From Geopsychrobacteraceae bacterium (GTDB lineage Bacteria; Desulfobacterota; Desulfuromonadia; Desulfuromonadales; Geopsychrobacteraceae), in assembly GCA_963662315.1 (NCBI GenBank), contig OY759353.1, forward strand, positions 1,920,001 to 1,984,000: a stretch of DNA of 64,000 bases, written 5' to 3'. Of this stretch, positions 29,954 through 40,040 are shown piece after piece (position 1 is the stretch's first letter; each line of letters opens with the position of its first letter). The position numbers and the translations under genes were made by a program. The notes under the pieces were generated by a model that had not been told where the DNA came from, did no database searches, and saw nothing but the letters and a program-made list of their open reading frames with translations.

Positions 29954-30885
29954 GTTGCCATATCAATTCCTCTCTCTGTAATACTGCAGCGACAAAAAAA
30001 GCTGACCGGACGATCCCGATCAGCTTCATTGCTCTATTAATTTATAGTGCTCCACTTCAATGTGAGAAGCGGTATTCTTTCACAGTCTGTCTCCTACTGT
30101 CAAACATGCCCATGCTCACGACCACTTTTTTCCAGGTAGTATTCATAATCCCCTTCGTAGGGGATCATCTGTCCATGATCAATTTCAAACACCCGGGTAA
30201 CCAGGCTGCGCAGAAAATGGCGGTCGTGGCTGACCAGCAACAGGGTTCCGCTAAATTTCTGCAGGGCATCAAGCAGAACTTCCCGCGATTGGATATCAAG
30301 ATGGTTGGTCGGTTCGTCCAGAATCAACAGGTTTAACGGGCGACCAAGCAAGGTCGCCAGAATCAGTCGGGCTTTCTCGCCACCGGAAAGTTTGTCAACC
30401 CGCTTTTCGACATCATCCCCCTGAAACAGAAACGCCGCACAGAGATTACGTAATACGCCAACAGTTGCCTGAGGCAAAGCGTCCTGCACGGTTTCAAAAA
30501 CACTCTTTTTCGGATCAAGCAGTTCCATGGAATGCTGGCTGAAATAACCGCTGAAAACATTGGCGCCGATAACAGCGGAGCCGGAAGTCGGATCGACCTG
30601 TCCGATAATGGTTTTTAGAAAGGTTGATTTACCAGCGCCGTTGACACCGACCACCGCAATTTTATCACCACGCCGGACCATCCCGGAAATACCTGAAAAG
30701 ACCGGCTTTTCACCGCCACCCTCAAGGGGCCAGTTTTTTTCCAGATCCGTAATGGCGATAACATCGTCACCACTGCGTGGCGGTTCGGAAAATTCGAACT
30801 TGATCACCTTCTGCTCCGGCGGCAGTTCAATACGGTCGATCTTTTCCAGCTTTTTCACCCGCGACTGGACCTGAGCGGCATGGGA
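29954..30885. repeat. direct repeat copy 2
   Basis: Near-identical to 18994-19927. Confidence 0.95.
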
Positions 30886-31734
30886 AGCTCGGGCAGCAAA
30901 GCGGGCAATAAACTCTTCTTCCTTGGCCAGCATATCCTGCTGACGCTTGTAGCTTGCCTCTAATTGTTCGCGCCGAATTTCACGCTCGCGCAGGTAAAAA
31001 TCGTAATTGCCGCCATAGGTGGTGATGCTGCCACCAGCGACCTCAACAATCCGCGTTACCAGCCGGTTCATAAAGTCACGGTCGTGGCTGGTCATCAGTA
31101 CCGCGCCCTGAAATTCTTCAGCCAGCCAGTTCTCGAGCCAGACAATCGATTCCACATCCAGGTGGTTGGTCGGTTCGTCAAGCAGCAGAACATCGGGGTT
31201 CAGAGTCAGGATTCGGGCCAGAGCAATGCGCATTTTCCAACCGCCACTGAAACTCTCGACCGGACGATCATAATCATCAGGGCCAATTCCCAGACCGGTC
31301 AGGACCGCCTGGGCACGCGGTTCCAGATCATAGCCACCGCGCTGCTCAAATTCATGCTGAGCATCACCATAGCGTTCCAGCAAACGGGTCATGGCATCAT
31401 CGTCCAGCGGCTCACACATCTGAGTTTCCATCTGCCGGATCTGTTCGCCTAAGGCGACGGTCGCTTCTGACGCGGCAATGACTTCTTCCAGGGCGCTGCG
31501 CCCTGACATATCTCCGACATCCTGGGAAAAATAGCCGATAACGGTCTTTTTGGCACAGGAGATATCCCCCGCATCAAGGCTTTCTTCACCGGTGATCAGG
31601 CGAAAGATGGTTGATTTGCCGGCACCATTGGGGCCGACCAGACCTATCCTGCTCCCGGGCAGAATCTGAAAACTGGCATTTTTAAAAAGCACCCGGTTCC
31701 CGTGCTGTTTTGTCATATCGGTTAAATGAATCAT
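30100..31734 (-). CDS. ABC-F family ATPase (ribosome-associated)
   Basis: Two ABC domains (GPNGAGKS, FSGGW, LLLDEPTNHLD; GVNGAGKS, LSGGE, LILDEPTNHLD), helical linker, no TM segments; start at ATG 31734 after AAGGAGA. Confidence 0.95.
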   Translation of the reverse strand: MIHLTDMTKQHGNRVLFKNASFQILPGSRIGLVGPNGAGKSTIFRLITGEESLDAGDISCAKKTVIGYFSQDVGDMSGRSALEEVIAASEATVALGEQIRQMETQMCEPLDDDAMTRLLERYGDAQHEFEQRGGYDLEPRAQAVLTGLGIGPDDYDRPVESFSGGWKMRIALARILTLNPDVLLLDEPTNHLDVESIVWLENWLAEEFQGAVLMTSHDRDFMNRLVTRIVEVAGGSITTYGGNYDFYLREREIRREQLEASYKRQQDMLAKEEEFIARFAARASHAAQVQSRVKKLEKIDRIELPPEQKVIKFEFSEPPRSGDDVIAITDLEKNWPLEGGGEKPVFSGISGMVRRGDKIAVVGVNGAGKSTFLKTIIGQVDPTSGSAVIGANVFSGYFSQHSMELLDPKKSVFETVQDALPQATVGVLRNLCAAFLFQGDDVEKRVDKLSGGEKARLILATLLGRPLNLLILDEPTNHLDIQSREVLLDALQKFSGTLLLVSHDRHFLRSLVTRVFEIDHGQMIPYEGDYEYYLEKSGREHGHV

Positions 31735-31925
31735 GATCTCTCCTTTAGTCAAACCGCTGACCTGTTATCATGGGCAGGAATTCGAGGCAAGTTAAAAACA
31801 TCAGAATCTTTGCACTTTGGCGATGAATCTTCTAAGCTTACGCTCTCTTTAGTTCGCGATTTCAGCATTTAAGCTTTTCTTTTTGGCTTCGTGTCTTCGC
31901 AGCCGATACCAAAGACATAAAGGAC

Positions 31926-33905
31926 ATGAGCATGTTAATGATCGGGGTTGATACCGGTGGGACCTTTACCGACTTTATCTGGAAAGATGGCGACCAGTGG
32001 GGCGAATTTAAGTGCCTGTCAACACCGCATAACCCAGCCGAAGCTGTACTTGACGGGATTCGCCGAATTGCCGGTGAACGCAACTACAATCTGGTTCATG
32101 GATCGACAGTCGCCACCAACGCCATCCTTGAAAAACGCGGTGCCCGTACCGCGCTGATAACCAATAGAAAGTTTGAGGATGTCATTGAAATTGCCCGCCA
32201 AAACCGGGAAGAACTCTACAACTTTACTTACCGGAAAAATCCGCCATTGGTGCCAAAACATTTGCGCTTTGGAATTTCCGGCCGCGTCGATCATAGCGGT
32301 CACATTATTGAAGAACTGACCAGCGACGATCTGGATCAATTGCTTGTCGAGTTACAAAGCCATAAGATTGAATCGATCGCTGTCTCACTGCTGTTTTCCT
32401 TTGCCAATCACCAGCACGAACTGGCAGTCAGACATGCCCTGATGCCACTCAATATTCCCCTGTCGCTGTCCCATGAAACCCTGGCCGAATTCCGCGAGTA
32501 CGAGCGCACTTCAACAACCGTCATCAATGCCTATGTTGCCCCCAAGATGACGCGCTACCTGACCGACCTGAATCAGCATATCGGTCAGCAGCCGTTCCGC
32601 ATCATGCAATCTAATGGAGGCAGCATATCGGCCGCAACCGCCATGCGCGAATCGGTACGCACCATCTTGTCCGGCCCTGCCGGAGGTGCTGTTGGCGCTT
32701 TTGAGCTGGGTCGTATGGCCGGTTTTGATAAACTGATTACTTTCGACATGGGGGGGACCTCCACCGATGTCGCTTTGCTTGACGGCAAGCTGCCATTGAC
32801 CATGGAATCAAAAATCGCCGGGTACCCGGTCAAAGTACCAATGATCGATATTCACACCGTTGGCGCAGGTGGCGGCTCACTTGCCACTATCGATACAGGA
32901 GGTTCCTTGAAAGTGGGACCGGAAAGCGCGGGAGCAGATCCTGGCCCAATCTGCTACGGAAAAGGCACCAAAATTACTGTCACCGATGCCAACCTGTACC
33001 TGGGCCGCCTGATCCCGGACCAGTTTCTGGGTGGTCATATGAACCTGGATATGACCAAGCTTGATAACTATTTCTCGCAAATGGCGTCAAAACTGGGGAT
33101 AACCCCGACCGATCTGGCTGAAGGGATTTTAAGCATCGCCAACACGACAATGGATCGCGCCATTAAGGTTATCTCGGTTCAACGTGGCTTTGACCCGCGT
33201 GAATTCACACTGTTTTCCTTTGGCGGTGCCGGGGGACTGCATGCTGCCTATCTGGCCCGCGATCTGAACATGAACAATGTCTTTATCCCTATCAATCCTG
33301 GAATTCTGTCGGCAGCAGGCATGTTGATGTCAGACGTCATCAAGGACTACTCGCAAACCATTATGACCCGTCAGACTGAAACGTCTCTCGATAGTCTTAA
33401 AAAATATTTCAGCGCTTTGGAACAGCGTGGACGGCTAGATCTGCACCAGGAAGGGGTTGCTGAGACTCAAATAGCCCTCGAACAATTCCTGGACATGCGC
33501 TACCTGGGACAATCCTACGAAATCATGGTCCCTTTTTCACCGGACTACTGTGAGCAGTTTCACCTGCTGCATGAGCAGACCTATGGTTACAGTAACCGCC
33601 ACAAGCAGATTGAAATTGTCAATGTCCGGCTACGGGCTCTGGGAAAACCGGAAAAACCGGTGTTCCCCCAACTCCCCTACCTGGGAGAAAAATTACCGCC
33701 AACGGCCATCATCGACCGGCGGGAAGTCATCTTTGATGGCCAGACGGAAAGCGCAGCGATCATCGATCGCAATCTGTTAGGTTACGGGAACCGGATTCAG
33801 GGACCGGCCATTATTGTCGAATATTCATCGACCATTGTCGTCCCCCCCTTTGCCGCCGGTCACGTCGATGCGTTCGGCAATATCATTTTGCAGATCACGG
33901 CTTGA
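31926..33905 (+). CDS. hydantoinase/oxoprolinase subunit A
   Basis: GVDTGGTFTD, HGSTVATNA, REYERTSTT, SGPAGG, DMGGTSTD, GAGGGS, GPESAGADPGP. Confidence 0.93.
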   Translation: MSMLMIGVDTGGTFTDFIWKDGDQWGEFKCLSTPHNPAEAVLDGIRRIAGERNYNLVHGSTVATNAILEKRGARTALITNRKFEDVIEIARQNREELYNFTYRKNPPLVPKHLRFGISGRVDHSGHIIEELTSDDLDQLLVELQSHKIESIAVSLLFSFANHQHELAVRHALMPLNIPLSLSHETLAEFREYERTSTTVINAYVAPKMTRYLTDLNQHIGQQPFRIMQSNGGSISAATAMRESVRTILSGPAGGAVGAFELGRMAGFDKLITFDMGGTSTDVALLDGKLPLTMESKIAGYPVKVPMIDIHTVGAGGGSLATIDTGGSLKVGPESAGADPGPICYGKGTKITVTDANLYLGRLIPDQFLGGHMNLDMTKLDNYFSQMASKLGITPTDLAEGILSIANTTMDRAIKVISVQRGFDPREFTLFSFGGAGGLHAAYLARDLNMNNVFIPINPGILSAAGMLMSDVIKDYSQTIMTRQTETSLDSLKKYFSALEQRGRLDLHQEGVAETQIALEQFLDMRYLGQSYEIMVPFSPDYCEQFHLLHEQTYGYSNRHKQIEIVNVRLRALGKPEKPVFPQLPYLGEKLPPTAIIDRREVIFDGQTESAAIIDRNLLGYGNRIQGPAIIVEYSSTIVVPPFAAGHVDAFGNIILQITA

Positions 33906-33918
33906 AAGGTTACTGACC

Positions 33919-35493
33919 ATGTCAACCAACCCGATCCTTATGCAGGTGTTTAAAAACCGCTTTGCTGCCATTGCCGAAGAGATGGGTGTCACCCTCAACC
34001 GCACCGCCTTTTCCCCCAACATCAAAGAACGACGTGATTTCTCTTGCGCCCTGTTTGATGCGAGCGGCGACATGATCGCTCAGGCGGCGCATATTCCGGT
34101 GCACCTGGGCTCCATGCCCCTGTCGGTAAAAGCAGCCATCGCCAGCCAAACGTTAAATGAGGGGGATATGGTGATGCTCAATAATCCTTTTGCGGGCGGT
34201 ACCCACCTGCCCGACATCACCCTGGTCGCGCCAGTCTATGTCGGTCAGGACCAACCCATTTATTATGTCGCCAACCGTGCGCACCACGCCGATGTTGGCG
34301 GCATGACGGCAGGTTCGATGCCGCTGTCGACCACGCTGTACCAGGAAGGGGTCATCATTTCGCCGTTGAAAATCGTTGAACAGGGGAAAATCGATGAGAA
34401 GCTGATGTCCTTCCTGCTTGCCAACGTCCGCACCCCCATCGAACGGGAAGGCGATTTTTCCGCCCAGATCATGGCGAACCGTATTGGCATACGCCGCACC
34501 GCAGAATTGATCGAAAAATATGGCCAGGAAACTGTCAACCTCTATGCTGAGAGCCTGAATCAGCACTCCGAAGCCATTCTGCGCAACACCATCGCGGCTA
34601 TCCCGGATGGTCGCTATCATTTCAGCGATAGCATGGATGATGATGGCATGAACAGCCAGAACATCACGATTGTCCTGCAGCTGGATATCATTGGAGATGA
34701 AGCGGTTCTCGACTTCAGCGCCAGTGCCCCCCAGGTCAGCGGCAGCATCAACGCGGTTTATGCCATTACCCTGTCTGCCGCACTCTATGTATTCCGCGGC
34801 CTGGTTAAAGATGATATCACCACCAATGCCGGTTGTTTACGGCCGCTGAAAGTCATTACCCGCGAAGGTACGATTGTCGATGCCACCTTCCCCGCCGCTG
34901 TTGCTGGCGGCAATGTGGAAACCTCGCAGCGCATTGTCGATGTTATTCTGGGAGCCCTGGCTCAGGCCATTCCACAGCGGGTTCCAGCCGCCAGTCAGGG
35001 AACCATGAACAATACTACCATCGGCGGCATCGATCCGCGCAGCGGGTTGACCTTCGCTTATTACGAAACCCTCGCCGGTGGTGCGGGAGCCAGCATCGGC
35101 AATCCTGGTGAATCAGCCATGCATACACACATGACCAATACCCTCAATACCCCCATTGAGGCCCTCGAATACAGTTATCCGCTGCAAGTCACTGAATACT
35201 CGATTCGCCAGGATTCGGGAGGCAACGGCCAATCCAAAGGAGGAGAAGGGTTGGTGCGGGAGATAAAAATGCTGACCGATGCGGAAGTAACAATTCTTTC
35301 TGAACGACGCGTACTACGCCCCTACGGACTGGCCGGGGGAAAGCCAGCAGCAACCGGAAAAAATCAGATTATTGCAGACGGTCAGTGCCAGCAGATGCCA
35401 GGGAAATTTTCGCGTAAACTGGCTAAGGGAGATATGCTCAGAATCGAGACACCTGGTGGCGGTGGGTACGGAAAAGAGTCAGAGCAAAGCTGA
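33919..35493 (+). CDS. hydantoinase/oxoprolinase subunit B
   Basis: AEEMG...RTAFSPNIKERRDFSCA, HIPVHLGSM, GTHLPD, RAHHADVGG, SQGTMNN, IETPGGGGYG; start at ATG 33919. Confidence 0.93.
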   Translation: MSTNPILMQVFKNRFAAIAEEMGVTLNRTAFSPNIKERRDFSCALFDASGDMIAQAAHIPVHLGSMPLSVKAAIASQTLNEGDMVMLNNPFAGGTHLPDITLVAPVYVGQDQPIYYVANRAHHADVGGMTAGSMPLSTTLYQEGVIISPLKIVEQGKIDEKLMSFLLANVRTPIEREGDFSAQIMANRIGIRRTAELIEKYGQETVNLYAESLNQHSEAILRNTIAAIPDGRYHFSDSMDDDGMNSQNITIVLQLDIIGDEAVLDFSASAPQVSGSINAVYAITLSAALYVFRGLVKDDITTNAGCLRPLKVITREGTIVDATFPAAVAGGNVETSQRIVDVILGALAQAIPQRVPAASQGTMNNTTIGGIDPRSGLTFAYYETLAGGAGASIGNPGESAMHTHMTNTLNTPIEALEYSYPLQVTEYSIRQDSGGNGQSKGGEGLVREIKMLTDAEVTILSERRVLRPYGLAGGKPAATGKNQIIADGQCQQMPGKFSRKLAKGDMLRIETPGGGGYGKESEQS

Positions 35494-35502
35494 AAGAAAA
35501 AA

Positions 35503-35598
35503 TCCCCTCTCCCTCAGGGAGAGGGCCAGGGTGAGGGGGAAACAGCACAAAAGCCCCTCATCCACCCCTTCGGGGCACCTTCTCCCAGAGAGAGAAGG
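35503..35598. repeat. REP-like palindromic element pair between convergent genes
   Basis: CCCCTCTCCC-TCA-GGGAGAGGG..AGGGTGAGGGGG followed by CCCCTCATCC..CCCTTCGGGGCACCTTCTCCC...GAGAAGG. Confidence 0.65.
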
Positions 35599-35626
35599 AA
35601 AGAATAAATACTCAACAACAGACGAC

Positions 35627-37558
35627 TCAGTCCTCTTTCATGACGTAGATTTCTCCGTCATAGACACCCTGAATATGAACATTCTGGGCCACCAGGCTAC
35701 GCAAATAAGTGATGGCCCCCTTTTCCACCTTTTGTCCCGGCACCAGCAGCGGAATGCCCGGGGGGTAAGGAGTCACCAGTCCGGCAGAAGTACGCCCGAC
35801 GGCATGTTCGTAACTGACGCTTTCCCGTTCCCCGAAAAACGCTTTTGACGGCGAACAATTCAAGGTAATCTTCGGCAGGCTTTCCAGTTTCTTTTTCCGG
35901 TTTCTGGTAATCGGAATCGCCGCCTTTTTCTGATCGAGCTTTTTCAATGCGTTGTACAGACGAATAACCTTGGAGCGGGTTCCCCCCAGGGTCAGCAATA
36001 CCAGCATGGTTGAGTGGGTGAATTTTTCAATTTCCAGTCCGATTTCATCGAGCAAATAACGATGGATCTCAGTGGTTGAATAATCAAGACGACTGACATC
36101 AATCAGGATTTTCAGCGGGTCATGGCCAACATTATCCTGTTCGAAATGGGGAAAAGCCTCCTGAAAATCTTCCGGTCCGAGAATTTTGATATAGCGAAAG
36201 TTCTTCATCTGCTCTTTGAGCTCAGCAACCTGGTCAAGCAAGTCCTTGAGCAACCCGTACCCTTCCATTTCCAGCTGTTTATGACAAACATCCAAAGAAG
36301 CGATGATCTGGTATTTGGGAGAGGTACTGACATACATGCTAAAAATTTCGTGAAAGAAATCCGCATCAAAATCGGGATCATTGACGTGAATATAGCTGGC
36401 TTGCGAAAATGCCGAGACAACCTTGTGCGCCGAATGGGTGATATAGTCAGCCCCGGAATCGATGGCGGAGTAATAACGAAAGCGCGGATGAAACAGGGAA
36501 TAGGCAAACCAGGCTTCATCGATAAAAACCTTGATCCCTTTTTCATGAGCCATGGCAGCAACCTTACGAATATCCATCAATAAGCCTTCGTAAGTACAGC
36601 CGGTCAGTACAATCAGTTTTGCCTCAGGATGTTTCTCAATAGTCTCCCTGATTTCAGCCAGGGTCGGTGGTGCGAAGATACCGTAATCGGGATGCAGCAC
36701 ACTGCTCAGGTACAGCGGTTCGGCCCCTGACTGCACAATACCGTAATGCACCGATTTATGGCAGTTGCGATCTACGATAACCTTGTCGCCATTGCGCAGC
36801 AGGGTCTGCAGGATGACCTTGTTCGAGGTGCTTGAGCCGTTGGTAATGAAATAGGTCTTGGTCACTTCAAAGGTATAGGCCGCTGCTTCCTGAGCTTTAC
36901 CTATAGCGTAGGTCCCTTCGGTTAAGGAACCAAGGGAATCGACCGACACCGAGAGATCGCCGACAAACACATTACGCCCGTAAAAATGATAGAAATCATT
37001 GATATAGGGGGAGTTTCTGAAACTCAAGCCCCCGCAGTGCCCAGGCGTATGCCAGGAATCATTGGTTTCGGTAATGTAATTTTTATAGGCCTTCCAGAAC
37101 GGCGCCTGGGAGCGGTCATCAAAATCATTGAGGATGTAGCCGAGTATCGATTCAGGGTCGAGGATAATATCATCACGGAAAAAGAAGGATTCAATATCAA
37201 TCGATTCATCAATGATATTCAGGCCCTGATTTTCATTGCCTAAAATATAAATAGGCACTGAAACGCGGATGGCTTTAATCGCATCGACAATATCGACATT
37301 ATTACACAGATTGTTCTGCTCGCTACCAATACTCCCGTCACAGAACCCTTCCACATCCCAGCTTAAAACCACCGCCTGAATATCAGGATCATTTTCAATC
37401 TGGCTGATGGCCGAAGCGATGGTTGCCGCTTCGATAATTTCAACGATCACGTCGCTACGTTCAAAGTTGGCTATGGCGCCAGCCATATTCTGGGTGATCT
37501 GATCAAGGAGATCGCGATCATCTTCAATAACGAGAATTTTAAGTAAAGGTAGATTCAT
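35627..37558 (-). CDS. Orn/Lys/Arg decarboxylase (group III PLP) with N-terminal receiver-like wing domain
   Basis: ILVIEDD, WHTPGH, TNGSSTSN, DRNCHKSV, DEAW, THSAHK (PLP Lys), STSPKY, PYPPGIPLLVPG. Confidence 0.9.
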   Translation of the reverse strand: MNLPLLKILVIEDDRDLLDQITQNMAGAIANFERSDVIVEIIEAATIASAISQIENDPDIQAVVLSWDVEGFCDGSIGSEQNNLCNNVDIVDAIKAIRVSVPIYILGNENQGLNIIDESIDIESFFFRDDIILDPESILGYILNDFDDRSQAPFWKAYKNYITETNDSWHTPGHCGGLSFRNSPYINDFYHFYGRNVFVGDLSVSVDSLGSLTEGTYAIGKAQEAAAYTFEVTKTYFITNGSSTSNKVILQTLLRNGDKVIVDRNCHKSVHYGIVQSGAEPLYLSSVLHPDYGIFAPPTLAEIRETIEKHPEAKLIVLTGCTYEGLLMDIRKVAAMAHEKGIKVFIDEAWFAYSLFHPRFRYYSAIDSGADYITHSAHKVVSAFSQASYIHVNDPDFDADFFHEIFSMYVSTSPKYQIIASLDVCHKQLEMEGYGLLKDLLDQVAELKEQMKNFRYIKILGPEDFQEAFPHFEQDNVGHDPLKILIDVSRLDYSTTEIHRYLLDEIGLEIEKFTHSTMLVLLTLGGTRSKVIRLYNALKKLDQKKAAIPITRNRKKKLESLPKITLNCSPSKAFFGERESVSYEHAVGRTSAGLVTPYPPGIPLLVPGQKVEKGAITYLRSLVAQNVHIQGVYDGEIYVMKED

Positions 37559-37869
37559 AGTAATAATCTTTGTCCAGAGCGACGTGAAAGCAAGGGTGAG
37601 GAACCCGAAACAGGTTTACCGTTGTAAGTAAGGATCACGCTCCTGTCAATCTAAAATCCCAGGTAAAAACACTATCAGACCTCTTATCATTTCAAGCAAG
37701 ATACCTACCGTTATGCCGCCGGACACTTATTACGAAAACCGGCAAACCATTTATTGTCAAGAAGTATAACAGCGCTCTTTGGGTTTGAGCCATCTTGCAG
37801 TATTATGGCACTATATTTAGAAGCTCTAGGGCTAAAATAGCTCTTTTAAAAGAGCCATCAGAGGGCATC

Positions 37870-39489
37870 ATGTTTATCAGTCATAACGATTTAATGTGGA
37901 TATTAAGGCGAATTTACGGCCAGAGGTATACCCGCGACACCCTGATTGATAAATTCACGGGCCACAGTATCTTAAGCTTACTCCCCTCCTATAATGGAAT
38001 CGACGCTCTGTTCAGTCTGCTTGACGATAAAACCAGTGTCGTCAAAAAAGTTCTTCCCGCGATTAAAGCCAGAATCAATAGGCCAATCGCTGACCTGGCT
38101 GTTGAGACAGACAACATCACCTTCCTTGAGCTGAAAGAACAACTGCTTCCCATCCTTATTCAGGCTCTTCACTCTGAACGTTTTTCGACCCTGGAAACAG
38201 GGGCCAGAGTCATGATCAAGCCAAACAGCACATGTATCCAGGCAAAACCAGGCAGCGAAGGGTTTATCACTGCCAAAAATCAGTATTCTTCGACAGTTCG
38301 TTTCTATGCCATTTCCGGACGTTTCAGTGTCGATACTTTTTCAGCAGATATTGCCGATGAAGACCTTCAGATAATATCCCGGAGGGGTCTGATTAACAGG
38401 CACCAGAATCTTGAGAGCGCAGCAGAATACCTGTTTAATGACGCTATATTAAGAGCTATGCGCGGAAGATTGAACAACGCTGTGTATACTTGTGTTGCAC
38501 ACCTTGCTGTCAATTTTCTGGTCCAACAGGGTTACCTGCGCCCTGATGGCGCTGAGTTCGTCTGTGTATTGGACCGGATTTTTCCCGTCATGGCCCCGGA
38601 ATTTGATAAAACCTACAGAAATCGTGAATTGTTCAGCTCGCGGACCTTGTCCTCCCCCCCATCAGAGCGCAAAGCACACGTCTTGAGCCTCGAACTAACC
38701 TCCGGATGTGATTACAACCGCTGTACATTCTGTACGGAATACGCCAACCTGCCGGTTGCAACCAAGTCGTTGCCTGAATTTAAACTTCACATAGACCAGG
38801 TTGCCGATTCAATCGGATCGGCGCGGTCTGGAATTCAGCGACTGTTTATCGGTAGCGGCAACACATTGGGAGTCGCAACGGAACAGCTGCTGCAAGCGTT
38901 AGATTATGCATGTGAGGTCTTTCATCCACAAAAGATTACTCTTTATGGCAGAACCTCCGCCATATTAGGCAAAAGCGTTGAAGAGTTAACAAAAATCAAA
39001 GAGGCTGGCGTGACCTTGATCTACTGGGGGCTGGAAAGCGGTTCCGATGAGGTCCTGTCTTATACCAACAAAGGCTGTACCCGTGACCAGATGGTCGCTG
39101 CGGCTCAAAAGCTGGCGGCAGCAGGAATCGATGTTTCCGCCATGCTGATCCCCGGGCTTGGTGGCCTGAAATTTTCAGATGAGCATGTCATGGGTTCCCT
39201 CGAATTGCTCCACAACATTGACATCAAATATCTGACCCTGATGGCGATCAATCCGGATCCGGCTTCGCTGTACGCTAAAAATATGCAGTTCGCAACAGAT
39301 AATCGCCACCTGACGGCAGATGAAGTCAACGCCCAGGTCTACAATCTACTGAAAGGGCTGAAACCAACCGGCTTGCAGATCGGCATGTTCACTGAAGAGA
39401 TCGACCTCGTCAGCAGCAACACCAAACGCTTTAACACTGAGTTCACACCCGCCAATAAAGAAGCATTGTTAAACAGCTTCTGGAATTGA
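37870..39489 (+). CDS. radical SAM protein with a long N-terminal extension
   Basis: GCDYNRCTFC cluster motif, IYWGLESGSDEVL, IPGLGG; start at ATG 37870 after GAGGG. Confidence 0.85.
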   Translation: MFISHNDLMWILRRIYGQRYTRDTLIDKFTGHSILSLLPSYNGIDALFSLLDDKTSVVKKVLPAIKARINRPIADLAVETDNITFLELKEQLLPILIQALHSERFSTLETGARVMIKPNSTCIQAKPGSEGFITAKNQYSSTVRFYAISGRFSVDTFSADIADEDLQIISRRGLINRHQNLESAAEYLFNDAILRAMRGRLNNAVYTCVAHLAVNFLVQQGYLRPDGAEFVCVLDRIFPVMAPEFDKTYRNRELFSSRTLSSPPSERKAHVLSLELTSGCDYNRCTFCTEYANLPVATKSLPEFKLHIDQVADSIGSARSGIQRLFIGSGNTLGVATEQLLQALDYACEVFHPQKITLYGRTSAILGKSVEELTKIKEAGVTLIYWGLESGSDEVLSYTNKGCTRDQMVAAAQKLAAAGIDVSAMLIPGLGGLKFSDEHVMGSLELLHNIDIKYLTLMAINPDPASLYAKNMQFATDNRHLTADEVNAQVYNLLKGLKPTGLQIGMFTEEIDLVSSNTKRFNTEFTPANKEALLNSFWN

Positions 39490-39568
39490 CCCGCTCCGCT
39501 CTGCCTTTCCATTATTTTTTTACAGCTTTCCCCTAAAACCTAAAATTACAAAGAGACAGCATGTTTTC

Positions 39569-39698
39569 CGTTTTTAAACGAGCAATTTTGCGTTGTGGCT
39601 AGGAAATCAATCGTTTGCGCGGAGGCGTAGTACTTTACGCCGCACAAGCAAACGAGCAGATTGACAACGCCACAGCACAAAAGGGCCGTTTAAAAGCG
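39569..39698. repeat. ~130-bp long imperfect palindrome (REP/MITE-like)
   Basis: Nested inverted arms TTTTAAACG/CGTTTAAAA, TTGTGGC/GCCACAG, TCGTTTGC/GCAAACGA, GGCGTA/TACGCC. Confidence 0.65.
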
Positions 39699-39702
39699 CA
39701 AA

Positions 39703-39816
39703 ACAAAAAAAGTCCCGTAGCCAGGAGGGGACTACGGGACACAATGTTTTGAGAGGTTTCTCGAAAGATATCTACGTTTACTATCGCCGCCCCGCCTGCC
39801 ACAACAAAGCGTCGAT
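39703..39816 (-). ncRNA. candidate standalone sRNA
   Basis: TTGACA-17-TATAAA at 39823-39851; terminator GTCCCGTAGTC-CCCTCCT-GGCTACGGGAC-T7; antisense to both flanking genes. Confidence 0.5.
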
Positions 39817-40040
39817 GTCTTATTTATAACCAATAAGGTCATCTTTGTCAACCAGAAATATAACTTTTTTTGTAACATTTATTACTGCCCAGTCATCCCA
39901 TTATATATCTCATAATTACAACAAGTTGCACGGCCTGATCTTTTTTTCGTAATAGTTTCGTAAAAACTGCCCAAGAGCAATTTCCGCTGCGCAGAACATG
40001 TTAAAGTTTGAATCAGAGCTACTGGAACAGGGAGGGAAGA

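Noticed and set aside
35372..35848. 158-aa ORF spanning the REP-like element
   Set aside because: Overlaps two real genes; the PLSLRERARVRG stretch is just the translated repeat
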